From: Pseudomonadota bacterium
GTDB taxonomy: Bacteria > Pseudomonadota > Alphaproteobacteria > Rhodobacterales > Rhodobacteraceae
Assembly (NCBI GenBank): GCA_039030915.1
Contig: JBCCDG010000004.1
Coordinates: forward strand, 27,102-91,101
Direction of reading: 5' to 3'
Length of the DNA stretch: 64,000 bases
Below are positions 47,598 to 56,968 of this stretch, one piece after another. Position 1 is the first letter of the stretch; every line of letters begins with the position of its first letter. Made by a program: the position numbers and the translations under genes. Under the pieces are notes generated by a model. The model did not search any database, was not told the DNA's origin, and saw nothing but the letters and a program-made list of their open reading frames with translations.

Positions 47598-48457
47598 GCC
47601 AGACGCTCCCCGCGCAGAACGTCTTCCGCGCTACCGACAGCCAGTGGCTCCTCACCGACCGTGCGTCGCGCGGAGGCTGCGCCCATGGCCGCCATGATCT
47701 CCGCAGCTGTGTGGAGGGCGATCACTTCCGGCCGCTTGTCTCCGAGGCCCGCCGCGCCGATGGGGCATGTGAGTCCCGCCGCCGTGACCTGCTCCTCCCG
47801 CGCCAGTTGCCGCTCGAGGCGCGCGCGCTTGGTGACCGATCCGACCAGGCCGACATAGGCGGCGTCCTCGCGTCCAAGCGCCTCAGATACAATGAGAAAA
47901 TCGAGGCCGTGATCATGGGTCATGACGGCGAAGCCGCTGCCGGCCGACGCTGCGCGAACCACGCCCTCCGGCATCGCCGAGAGCACCTGCTCGACACCCG
48001 GCGGCGCTGCTTCAAGATGGTTCAGCCGTGTGTCGACGAGGCTGACCGCCAGGGGCAGTGGCGCGAGCGCCCGGGCGAGCGCCATGCCTGTATGCCCCGC
48101 ACCGAAGACATAGACCGCCGGGCGCGCCGCCGCCGCCTCGGCGAGCCTGGCGCGAAGGGCGCGGCGCCCCGCGCCGTCGAGCAGCGAGAGCCGCACCCGC
48201 ACATGCCCGCCACAGCACTGGCCGAGCGCGGGGCCGAGCGGGAGTGCGATCACACCCGCGCTGTCGGCGCCGTCGAGAAGCGTCCTCGCCCGCGCCGTCA
48301 CCTCCCATTCCAACCGCCCGCCGCCGATTGTGCCGGCCGTGGCCGCAGCGCTCACCAGCAGCCAGGCGCCGGGATCGCGCGGGGAGGAACCCTCGGCCGA
48401 GACGACCTCCGCAAGTGCGAGCGGAACGCCGCTGGCGAGGAGGCTTTCGGGGGTCAT
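47585..48457 (-). CDS. xdhC: Xanthine dehydrogenase accessory protein
   Basis: GSSPRD.GA, GTIGGGRLE, LGP.LGQCCGG, VFGAGH, MTHDH.LDF, DKRPEVIA. Confidence 0.95.
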   Translation of the reverse strand: MTPESLLASGVPLALAEVVSAEGSSPRDPGAWLLVSAAATAGTIGGGRLEWEVTARARTLLDGADSAGVIALPLGPALGQCCGGHVRVRLSLLDGAGRRALRARLAEAAAARPAVYVFGAGHTGMALARALAPLPLAVSLVDTRLNHLEAAPPGVEQVLSAMPEGVVRAASAGSGFAVMTHDHGLDFLIVSEALGREDAAYVGLVGSVTKRARLERQLAREEQVTAAGLTCPIGAAGLGDKRPEVIALHTAAEIMAAMGAASARRTVGEEPLAVGSAEDVLRGERLAWTR

Positions 48458-50781
48458 GGCGTGCCCTCCGCGCGGAGGCGTTCGACAGCCATCAGGATAC
48501 GCTCCGGCGTTGCCGGCGTGTCGAGACGCGGACATGTCTTGTAGTCAGCGACACTTGAGACCGCCATGGATAGCGCTTCGAGAACGGAGATCGCGAGCAT
48601 GAAGGGAGGCTCGCCCACAGCCTTCGAGCGCTTGATCGTACGCTTCGCGTTCTCCGACCATTCGGCCATTCGGACCCGGAAATCGCGGGGAATGTCGGAG
48701 GCCAGCGGGATCTTGTAGGTGGAGGGAGCGTGCGTCGCCAACCGGCCCTCATCGTCCCAGATAAGCTCCTCGGTGGTCAGCCAGCCCATGCCCTGGACGA
48801 AACCGCCCTCGATCTGGCCCCGATCGATGGCCGGGTTCAGGGAGCGGCCGACATCGTGCAGGATGTCGACGCGGTCGACCGAGTATTCGCCGGTCAATGT
48901 ATCGATGCTGACCTCCGAGCAGGCGGCGCCATAAGCGAAATAGTAGAAGGGCTGCCCACGCCCCGCGGCCCGATCCCAGTGGATCTCGGGCGTCTTGTAG
49001 AATCCCGTGGCGGAGAGCTGGACGCGGGCCATGTAGGCGTCGGAGACCACGGTGGTCCATGCTACGGGACCACCGGCAGCGATGATGGCATCGTCCTCGA
49101 AGGCCATTTGGCCACCTTCTGCCGGGGCGCCGTATTTCTCGGCGGCAAAGGCGAGGAGGCGGGCCTTCAGCGTCTCCGCCGCGTCGAGGGCGGCCATTGC
49201 ATTGAGATCCGCGCCGGAGGAGGCGGCGGTGGCGGAGGTGTTGGGCACCTTGTCCGTCGCGGTCGCGGTGATGGCGATGCGCTCGACCGGCACGCCGAAG
49301 GCCTCGGCCAGGACCTGTGCGACCTTGGTGTTGAGACCCTGGCCCATCTCGGTGCCGCCATGGTTCAGATGGATCGAGCCGTCCCGGTAGATATGCACCA
49401 GCGCGCCGGCCTGATTATACCAGGTCGCCGTGAAGCTGATGCCGAACTTCACGGGCGTGAGCGCGATGCCGCGGCGCAGGATCGGGCCTGTTCGGTTCGC
49501 GTCGACGATGGCGCGGCGGCGGGCCTGGTAGTCGGCGCTCGCCTCGAGCTCGTCCACGAGACGGGGGACGATGTTGTCCTCGACGCGCTGGTGGTAGGGC
49601 GTGACGTCCCGGCCCGGGCCGCCGTAGAAATTGGCGCGGCGTATCTCGAGCGGGTCGCGGCCAAGCGCATAGGCGACCTCCTCGATCACACGCTCTCCCG
49701 CCAGCATGCCCTGCGGGCCGCCGAAGCCGCGGAAGGCGGTGTTGGACACGGTGTTGGTGCGCAGCGGCTGCGAGCGGAGACGGACATCCTCGTAGTAGTA
49801 GCAGTTGTCCGCATGGAATAGCGCGCGGTCGGTGACGGGGCCCGAAAGGTCCGCCGAAAAGCCGCAGCGGGCGGCGAGCGTCATGTCGAGCGCGGCGATG
49901 CGGCCCGAGGGCCGGTAGCCGACACGGTAGCGCGCCCGGAAGTCGTGCCGCTTGCCGGTCGCGATCATGTCATCGTCCCGGTCCGGGCGGAGCTTGACCG
50001 GCCGGCCCGTGGCGCGGGCGGCAAGCGCCGCGACACAGGCGAAGAGGTTGGATTGCGTCTCCTTGCCGCCGAAGGCACCGCCCATGCGCCGCACCTTCAC
50101 CGTGACCATGGCGGAGGGCAGGCCGAGCGCGTGGGCGACCATGTGCTGCACTTCCGACGGATGCTGGGTGCTGGACCAGACCTCCATGGCGCCGTCCTCG
50201 CCGGGGATCGCCATCGCGACATGGCCTTCGAGATAGAAGTGATCCTGCCCGCCGATGGTCATGGCGCCGTCGAGGGTGAGGGGAGCCTCCGCGAGCCCGG
50301 CCGCCACATCGCCGCGCGCAAGCGTCAGCGGCTCGGTGACGAGATCGCCGCCGGAGCGCTCCGCTCGGTCGATATCGAGAACGGGTTCTGCGCGCTCGAT
50401 ATCGACCGAGCCGCGGCGGGCGGCGCGCCGTGCGGCATCGCGGGTCTCGGCGACGACGGCAAAGAGCGGCTGGCCGCGAAAGCCGATGCGTTCGGCGGGA
50501 AAGATCGGGTCGTCGCCCTTGCCCGTGGGGCTGATGTCGTTATGCGCGAGATCCGCGGCGGTCAGCGTGGTAACGACGCCCGGGGCCGCCCTCACGGCCG
50601 CGAGGTCGAGGTTCCGGAGCCTGCCGGCGGCAGCATCGGAGAGACCGAGACAGGCGTGGAGGAGGCCCTGCTGCTCGGGCATGTCATCGAGATAGACGGC
50701 GCGGCCGGTGACGTGCTTCTCCGCGCTCTCATGCGCGCGGGCCTCGCCGGCCGGCCTCGGCTCGCGCTCATCCCGCGGCAT
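48454..50781 (-). CDS. xdhB: Xanthine dehydrogenase molybdopterin-binding subunit
   Basis: HESAEKHVTG, GGQDHFYLE, RRMGGAFGGKETQ, AFRGFGGPQG, GGTEMGQG, SKAVGEPP (catalytic Glu). Confidence 0.97.
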   Translation of the reverse strand: MPRDEREPRPAGEARAHESAEKHVTGRAVYLDDMPEQQGLLHACLGLSDAAAGRLRNLDLAAVRAAPGVVTTLTAADLAHNDISPTGKGDDPIFPAERIGFRGQPLFAVVAETRDAARRAARRGSVDIERAEPVLDIDRAERSGGDLVTEPLTLARGDVAAGLAEAPLTLDGAMTIGGQDHFYLEGHVAMAIPGEDGAMEVWSSTQHPSEVQHMVAHALGLPSAMVTVKVRRMGGAFGGKETQSNLFACVAALAARATGRPVKLRPDRDDDMIATGKRHDFRARYRVGYRPSGRIAALDMTLAARCGFSADLSGPVTDRALFHADNCYYYEDVRLRSQPLRTNTVSNTAFRGFGGPQGMLAGERVIEEVAYALGRDPLEIRRANFYGGPGRDVTPYHQRVEDNIVPRLVDELEASADYQARRRAIVDANRTGPILRRGIALTPVKFGISFTATWYNQAGALVHIYRDGSIHLNHGGTEMGQGLNTKVAQVLAEAFGVPVERIAITATATDKVPNTSATAASSGADLNAMAALDAAETLKARLLAFAAEKYGAPAEGGQMAFEDDAIIAAGGPVAWTTVVSDAYMARVQLSATGFYKTPEIHWDRAAGRGQPFYYFAYGAACSEVSIDTLTGEYSVDRVDILHDVGRSLNPAIDRGQIEGGFVQGMGWLTTEELIWDDEGRLATHAPSTYKIPLASDIPRDFRVRMAEWSENAKRTIKRSKAVGEPPFMLAISVLEALSMAVSSVADYKTCPRLDTPATPERILMAVERLRAEGTP

Positions 50782-52237
50782 GGGCCTCGAGCCTCGCGAC
50801 TTCGCCCGCCGTTTCGGCCCAGGCGCGGATGACCAGGTTGCGCGCGACGGCAGCGCGGTAACCGGCAGAGGCGCGGGCATCCGAGATCGGCGCGAAATCC
50901 TCCGCAAGCGGCCCGGCGGCGGCGCTCGCGGTCTCGAGGGTCCAAGGCCGGCCGGGGAGCCATGCCTCGAGCGCGGTGGCGCGGCCGGGCGTGGCGGCCA
51001 TGCCGCCGAAGGCAATGCTGGCCTCGGCAACGCGCCCCTCCGCAAGGCGAAGGACGAAGGCGGCGGAAAGGGAGGAGATATCCTCGTCCCGCCGCTTCGA
51101 GATCTTGGAGACCGTATGGATCCTGTCGGGTGCGGGATCGGGGAGGTGGATGCTCTCGATGAACTCAGCCGGACGCAGCGCGGTCTTCCTGTAGCCGGTG
51201 ATGAAGCTCTCGACCGGCAGGCGGCGCCGGCCCTCAGCCGAACGGAGGGTGACGGTCGCGCCGAGCACCATCAGGGGCGGCGGCGTGTCCCCGATGGGCG
51301 AGGCCGTCGCGAGATTGCCGCCGATGGTGCCGGCAGCGCGGATCTGCGGCCCGCCGATGCGGCGCCAATAGGCCGAGAGCCAGGGATGGCGCGCATCGAT
51401 CCAGGGCAGGAGTGCGGCGTAGCTGGCCGCGGCGCCGACGCAGAGGCCCCCGTCCTCCGGCGTGATGGCGGCGAGGCGCGGCAGATGGCCTATGAAGACG
51501 GCGGGGGAGATCTCGCGGAAATCCTTGGCGGTCCAGACGCCGATATCCGTGGCCCCCGAGACGATGGTGACGCCGGGCCGCTCGGCAAGGACGGCCGCGA
51601 GATCGTCCTCATCCGCCGGCAGGATGGCGGTGCCGTCCGCGCCTTCGACGGTGAGACGACCTGCCGCCATGCTGCGGAGGCGGCGCGCGGTCTCCTCGGC
51701 GCGCGCGGTGAGTGGATCGGCCTCCTGCCCGCCTTCGGCGAGGGCACGGGCGGCGGCTTCGAGGATCGGCGCATAGCCGGTACAGCGGCAGAGATTGCCC
51801 TGGAGGGTGGTCTCGAGCGCCGCGCGATCCTGCCCGCCACCCTCGCGCCAATGGGCGTAGAGCGCCATCACAATGCCGGGGGTGCAGAAGCCGCACTGGC
51901 TGCCATGGCATGCGACCATCGCGTTCTGCACGGGGTGAAGGCTACCGCCCGCCGCCAGCGCCTCGACCGTCACCACATGGCAGGCATGGAGGGAGGGGAG
52001 GAGGCGGATGCAGGCATTGGCAGGCTCGTAACGCATCGCTCCGCTCGTGCCGTCGCCCGCACCGTCCTCGCCAGACGGTCGTCCGACCAGAACGGTGCAG
52101 GCGCCGCAATCCCCCTCCGCACATCCCTCCTTAGTGCCGCAGAGCCGTTCGGCGAGCCGGAGATGGTCGAGCAGCGTGGCATGCGGCGCCGGCCCCTCCA
52201 GTGCGACCTCCCGGTCGTTGAGAAGAAAGCGGAGCAT
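50768..52237 (-). CDS. xdhA: Xanthine dehydrogenase small subunit (2Fe-2S/FAD)
   Basis: GTKEGCAEGDCGAC, HGSQCGFCTPG, GNLCRCTGY, GTIGGNLATASPIGD, KISKRRDEDIS. Confidence 0.97.
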   Translation of the reverse strand: MLRFLLNDREVALEGPAPHATLLDHLRLAERLCGTKEGCAEGDCGACTVLVGRPSGEDGAGDGTSGAMRYEPANACIRLLPSLHACHVVTVEALAAGGSLHPVQNAMVACHGSQCGFCTPGIVMALYAHWREGGGQDRAALETTLQGNLCRCTGYAPILEAAARALAEGGQEADPLTARAEETARRLRSMAAGRLTVEGADGTAILPADEDDLAAVLAERPGVTIVSGATDIGVWTAKDFREISPAVFIGHLPRLAAITPEDGGLCVGAAASYAALLPWIDARHPWLSAYWRRIGGPQIRAAGTIGGNLATASPIGDTPPPLMVLGATVTLRSAEGRRRLPVESFITGYRKTALRPAEFIESIHLPDPAPDRIHTVSKISKRRDEDISSLSAAFVLRLAEGRVAEASIAFGGMAATPGRATALEAWLPGRPWTLETASAAAGPLAEDFAPISDARASAGYRAAVARNLVIRAWAETAGEVARLEAHAAG

Positions 52238-52608
52238 CAGGAGCCCCGATAGGTGCTGTAGCCATGGGCCGAGAGAAGGAGGGGCACATGGTAGTGCGTC
52301 TCTTCCGCCATCGCGAAGCGGATCGGCACGTCGTCGAGAAAGGGCGGGTCGGCGACGGGCGCGCCGGCCTCCGCCAGCCAGGCGCCGGCTTCGAACACGA
52401 TCTCGTAGGCGCCGGGAACGAACTCGCCACCTTCGAGGAGCGGCGCGTCAGTGCGCCCGTCGGCATTGGTCTCGGTGCGCAGGATGCATTCCGCCTCGCC
52501 ATCCGCATCGAAGCGCCAGAGCGAGAGAGCGAGACCCGCCGCGGGGCGCCCGCGCGTCATGTCGAGCACATGGGTGGTGAGCCGGCCCTTGCCGTTTTCC
52601 GACGCCAT
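52237..52608 (-). CDS. uraH: 5-hydroxyisourate hydrolase (transthyretin-like)
   Basis: LTTHVLD..RGRPA, TNADGR, C-terminal HYHVPLL.S..GYSTYRGS. Confidence 0.97.
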   Translation of the reverse strand: MASENGKGRLTTHVLDMTRGRPAAGLALSLWRFDADGEAECILRTETNADGRTDAPLLEGGEFVPGAYEIVFEAGAWLAEAGAPVADPPFLDDVPIRFAMAEETHYHVPLLLSAHGYSTYRGS

Positions 52609-52745
52609 TCAGCGCTCCCTGGACAGAAGAGCGGCACTGCGCAACGCTGCAGCACCCGCCCTGCCCCATCACGATGCATTACCGCTTGCTTTGGCGGCAA
52701 GGGTTTTCCGAGACTGGGACGAGCCGCCCAGCATCCGGAGCCCCC

Positions 52746-54176
52746 ATGCCCTATCCGCGCGACCTTCTCGGCCATGGGCCCACACCGCCGGACCCGGCCT
52801 GGCCCGGCGGTGCGCGGCTGGCGCTGCAGGTGGTGCTCAATTTCGAGGAGGGGGGCGAGCGGTGCCTGCTGCATGGCGACGGGGAGAGCGAGGCTTTCCT
52901 CTCGGAGATGCCGGGGGCGACACCCCTGCACGGGCAGCGGCACTGGAACATGGAGACGGTCTACGACTATGGCGCGCGCGTCGGCTTCTGGCGGCTCCAT
53001 CGCATCCTGACCGAGCGCGACGTGCCGGTGACCGTCTTTGCCGTGACCTCGGCCATCGCGCGGGCGCCGGCGCAGGTGGCCGCGATGCAGGACGCGGGCT
53101 GGGAGATCGCCTGTCACGGGATGCGCTGGATCGATTATGGCGGGCATGGGCGCGAGGCGGAGAAGGCGGAGATGCTGGAGGCCGTGCGGCTCCACACCGC
53201 CGTGACGGGCGCGCCGCCGCGGGGCTGGTATACCGGGCGCTGTTCGGTGAGCACGGTCGATCTTGTCGCCGAGATCGGCGCGGAGATCGGCGCCTTCGCC
53301 TATGCGGCGGACAGCTATGCCGACGAACTACCCTACTGGCATCCGACGCCCGCGGGCCCGCAGCTGGTGGTGCCCTACACGCTCGATGCAAACGACATGC
53401 GCTTCAGCATCTCGCCCGGCTTCAACGAGCCCGCCGAGTTCGAAGCCTATCTCAGGGGCACCTTCGACCGGCTCTGGCAGGAGGGCGGCGAGGGTCGGCC
53501 CGCGATCATGAATGTCGGCCTCCATTGCCGGCTGGCCGGGCGACCCGGGCGGGCGGCTGCGCTGGCGCGGTTTCTCGACCATGTGGCCGCCCATGAGGGC
53601 GTGTGGATGGCAACGCGGCTCGAGATCGCCGAGCACTGGGCGCGGCTGCATCCCCCGCCGGCGGGCGGGCCGCGTCCCTCCACGATGGAACGCGACGCGT
53701 TCCTCGCGGCCTATGGCGGGGTCTTCGAGCATTCGCCCTGGATCGCGGAGGAGGCCTGGGATTTCGGCATCGGGCCGGCGATGGACACGGCCGAGGGGCT
53801 GCATGCGGCGCTTCGCACCCGCTTCCGGCTGGCCGACCCGGCGCGGCGGCGGGCCGTGCTGAACGCACACCCCGATCTCGCGGGCAAGCTCGCGGCGGCG
53901 CGGCAGCTCACCCCCGAGAGCGCGGCGGAGCAGGCGGGTGCGGGGCTCGATGCGCTGACGGAGGCGGAGCGGGAGCGGTTCACGGCGCTCAACACGGCCT
54001 ATCGCGACCGCTTCGCCCACCCCTTCATCATGGCCGTCAAGGGACGCTCGAAGGCGGACATCCTGGCGGCCTTCGAAGCGCGTCTCGGCAACGATGCGGC
54101 GGCGGAGTTCGACACGGCCTGCCGCGAGGTCGAGAAGATCGCGCGCCTGCGGCTCGAGGAGATGCTGGGACGATGA
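52746..54176 (+). CDS. puuE: Allantoinase PuuE fused to OHCU decarboxylase (UraD)
   Basis: YPRDL.G.G, NFEEGGE, YDYGARVGFWR, HGMRWI, GWYTGR, PYTLDANDMRF; C-terminal GGVFEHSPWIAE, HPDLAG, EQAGAGL, FI.AVKG, IARLRL. Confidence 0.93.
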   Translation: MPYPRDLLGHGPTPPDPAWPGGARLALQVVLNFEEGGERCLLHGDGESEAFLSEMPGATPLHGQRHWNMETVYDYGARVGFWRLHRILTERDVPVTVFAVTSAIARAPAQVAAMQDAGWEIACHGMRWIDYGGHGREAEKAEMLEAVRLHTAVTGAPPRGWYTGRCSVSTVDLVAEIGAEIGAFAYAADSYADELPYWHPTPAGPQLVVPYTLDANDMRFSISPGFNEPAEFEAYLRGTFDRLWQEGGEGRPAIMNVGLHCRLAGRPGRAAALARFLDHVAAHEGVWMATRLEIAEHWARLHPPPAGGPRPSTMERDAFLAAYGGVFEHSPWIAEEAWDFGIGPAMDTAEGLHAALRTRFRLADPARRRAVLNAHPDLAGKLAAARQLTPESAAEQAGAGLDALTEAERERFTALNTAYRDRFAHPFIMAVKGRSKADILAAFEARLGNDAAAEFDTACREVEKIARLRLEEMLGR

Positions 54177-55054
54177 CCGATGCGCCGAAGCCGCCCTCCC
54201 TTTTCGCCGCGCCGGCCATCGCGCCGGGGCCGCGCTATGCGGGGCCCGCCGGCGGGTTGCCGGGTCAGGCGGCGCTCCATACCGGGCGTGCGGTCTTTAC
54301 CGAGGCCTATGCGATCATCCCCCGTGGGGTGATGCGGGACATCGTGACGAGCCGGCTGCCGGGCTGGGAGGGGACGCGCGCCTGGATCCTTGCCCGGCCG
54401 ATGACGGGCTTTGCCGAGACCTTCGCGCAGCTCATCGTCGAGGTCGCCGCGGGCGGGGGATCGGCAGCGCCGGAGCCGGAGGCGCATGGCCAAGCGGCGC
54501 TCTTCGTCACGGAAGGCACGGTGACGGTGAACGTGCACGGGCGGCACGAGCGGCTCGGCCCCGGCGGCTTTGCCTATGTCCCGCCCTGGACGCTCTGGAG
54601 TCTGAAGAACGAGGGCAGCGAGAAGGCGGTCTTCCACTGGATCAGGAAGCGCTGGCTGCCGGCAGACGGGCTGTCCCCGCCCGACTTTTTCGTCGCGGAC
54701 GAGGCCGGCATTCCGCCGACGCCCATGCCCGGGACCGATCGCTGGATGACGACGCGCTTCATGGACCCGGACGATCTGCGCCACGACATGGCAGTCACCG
54801 TCGTCACCTTCGAGCCGGGGGGGACCATCCCCTTCGAGGAGACGCATGTGATGGAGCACGGGCTCTACGTGCTCGAGGGCAAGGCGGTGTACCGGCTGAA
54901 CCGGGACTGGGTGGAGGTGGAGGCGGGGGACTTCATGTGGCTCCGCGCCTTCTGCCCGCAGGCCTGCTACGCGGGCGGACCGGGGCGCTTTCGCTACCTT
55001 CTCTACAAGGACGTGAACCGACACCCCGCGCTCGATGTCGGGGGGCTGCGGTGA
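54173..55054 (+). CDS. allE: (S)-ureidoglycine aminohydrolase (bicupin, AllE/YlbA family)
   Basis: RAVFTEAYA.IP, WILARP..GFAETFAQ, ETHVMEHGLYVLEGK, WLRAFCPQACYAGG, YLLYKDVNRH. Confidence 0.88.
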   Translation: MTDAPKPPSLFAAPAIAPGPRYAGPAGGLPGQAALHTGRAVFTEAYAIIPRGVMRDIVTSRLPGWEGTRAWILARPMTGFAETFAQLIVEVAAGGGSAAPEPEAHGQAALFVTEGTVTVNVHGRHERLGPGGFAYVPPWTLWSLKNEGSEKAVFHWIRKRWLPADGLSPPDFFVADEAGIPPTPMPGTDRWMTTRFMDPDDLRHDMAVTVVTFEPGGTIPFEETHVMEHGLYVLEGKAVYRLNRDWVEVEAGDFMWLRAFCPQACYAGGPGRFRYLLYKDVNRHPALDVGGLR

Positions 55055-55542
55055 GCACGATCGTGGCGCGGCCGCTCGAGCCTGCCGGCTTCGCGCCCTT
55101 CGGCGACGTGCTGCGGGCGGAAGATGCGCCTCTGATGATCAACGAGGGGCGCTGCGAACGGCATGACGACCTGGCGCGGCTCGCCTTTCTTGGGGCGGGG
55201 CGGGCGCGTATCTCGCTCTTCCGCTCCGAGCCGGTGACGCTGCCCTACGCGCTGACGTTGATGGAGCGCCACCCCGACGGCAGCCAGGCCTTTCTGCCCG
55301 CGGGGTCGGATCCATGGCTCGTCACCGTCGCGCCGGACGAGGGCGGACGGCCGGGAGCGCCGCTGGCCTTCCTCGCGGCGCCGGGGGTAGGGGTGAACCT
55401 GCTGGCTGGCACGTGGCACGGGGCGCTGACCCCGCTCGACAGACCCGCCGATTTCTGGGTGGTGGACCGGGCCGGGCCGGGGCGGAACCTCGAGGAGCAT
55501 GTGCTGGCCGAGCCCGTGACGGTCGTCGCGGAGGACGGCTGA
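55051..55542 (+). CDS. allA: Ureidoglycolate lyase
   Basis: FAPFGDV, INEG.CER.DD, MERHPDGSQAFLP, GVN..AGTWH, VVDR.G.G.NLEE; GTGA coupling. Confidence 0.93.
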   Translation: MSTIVARPLEPAGFAPFGDVLRAEDAPLMINEGRCERHDDLARLAFLGAGRARISLFRSEPVTLPYALTLMERHPDGSQAFLPAGSDPWLVTVAPDEGGRPGAPLAFLAAPGVGVNLLAGTWHGALTPLDRPADFWVVDRAGPGRNLEEHVLAEPVTVVAEDG

Positions 55543-56897
55543 TGGCGAGCCTGCTGGTGCGCGGCGCGGATGTGCTGGTCACGATGGACGACGCGCGCCG
55601 TGAGATCGCGGGCGGCTGGCTCCGCGCGGAGGACGGCGTGGTGGTCGCCGTGGGCGGGCCCGGCGACCCCGAGGAGCGCGCGGCAGCGGATGCGGTGACG
55701 GAGGCGGCCGGCTGCGTCGTGACGCCGGGGCTCGTCAACACGCATCACCACCTCTTCCAGTCGCTGGTCCGCGCCGTGCCGGGCGGGCAGGACGCGCTCC
55801 TTTTCGGCTGGCTGAAGTCGCTCTACCCGATCTTTGCCAGAATGGGGCCGGAGGACATCCAGGCGGCCGTGACGCTGGGCCTCGCGGAGCTGGCGCTCTC
55901 GGGCTGCACCTGCGCGGCGGACCATCAGTATATCTTCCCCAACGGCGCGCAGCTCGACCACTCGATCGAGGCGGCGGGTCGCGTCGGCATCCGCTTTCAC
56001 GCGACGCGCGGGGCGATGAGCATCGGGGAGAGCGCGGGCGGCCTGCCGCCGGATTTCCTGACGGAGCGCGAGCCCGCGATCCTGGCCGACATGGAGCGGG
56101 TGGTGGATGCGTTTCACGACCCCTCCCCCGGGGCGATGGTGCGGGTGGGTCTGGCACCCTGCTCCCCCTTCACGGTCAGCACCGGGCTGATGCGCGACGC
56201 CGCGGTGATGGCGCGGGCGAAGGGCGTGATGCTGCACACCCATCTCGCGGAGAACGATGAGGACGTCGAATACTCGCTGGAGCACTACGGCTGCCGGCCG
56301 GGGCAGTATGCCGAGGAACTGGGCTGGACCGGCGAGGATGTGTGGCATGCCCACTGCGTGAAGCTCGATGCCGGCGAGATCGACCTCTTCGCGCGGACGG
56401 GCACCGGGATCGCGCATTGCCCGTCATCGAACTGCCGCCTCGGCTCCGGCATCGCGCCCCTCCGCGCGCTGGTGGATGCGCGGGTGAAGCTGGGGCTGGG
56501 TGTGGACGGATCGGCCTCGAACGACGCGGCGCATCTGCTGCTCGAGGCGCGGCAGGCGATGCTGCTGCAACGCGTCGCGAACGGCGCCGACGCCTTCGGC
56601 GCGCGGGAGGCGCTCGAGATCGCGACGCGCGGCGGCGCGGCGGTGCTGGGCCGCGACGATCTGGGCAGCCTCGCGCCCGGCAAACGCGCTGACTTCGCGC
56701 TCTGGGACATGAGCGGCCTGCCGGCTGCCGGGCTCTGGGATCCGGTGGCGGGCCTCGTCCTCTCCGGCCCCTTCGCGCCCAAGGCGCTTTATGTGGAGGG
56801 ACGGCCGGTTGTGACTGACGGGCGGCTCGCACTTCTCGAGGAACGCGTCGTCGCGGAGCGCCTGCGTGCCCGCGCGGCAGGGCTGGCCGGCGCGTAG
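55542..56897 (+). CDS. 8-oxoguanine deaminase-like amidohydrolase
   Basis: PGLVNTHHHLFQ, LAPCSPF, LHTHLAE, WHAHCV, AHCPSSN.RLGSG, GVDGSASND. PCSPF is characteristic of the 8-oxoG deaminase group. Confidence 0.88.
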   Translation: MASLLVRGADVLVTMDDARREIAGGWLRAEDGVVVAVGGPGDPEERAAADAVTEAAGCVVTPGLVNTHHHLFQSLVRAVPGGQDALLFGWLKSLYPIFARMGPEDIQAAVTLGLAELALSGCTCAADHQYIFPNGAQLDHSIEAAGRVGIRFHATRGAMSIGESAGGLPPDFLTEREPAILADMERVVDAFHDPSPGAMVRVGLAPCSPFTVSTGLMRDAAVMARAKGVMLHTHLAENDEDVEYSLEHYGCRPGQYAEELGWTGEDVWHAHCVKLDAGEIDLFARTGTGIAHCPSSNCRLGSGIAPLRALVDARVKLGLGVDGSASNDAAHLLLEARQAMLLQRVANGADAFGAREALEIATRGGAAVLGRDDLGSLAPGKRADFALWDMSGLPAAGLWDPVAGLVLSGPFAPKALYVEGRPVVTDGRLALLEERVVAERLRARAAGLAGA

Positions 56898-56968
56898 GCC
56901 CGCTGCCCGTTCCCGGCGCGGGTCCTGCCCCGCGGGTTCCGTATGCCCGCGTCCGGGCGTGGGAGCCG

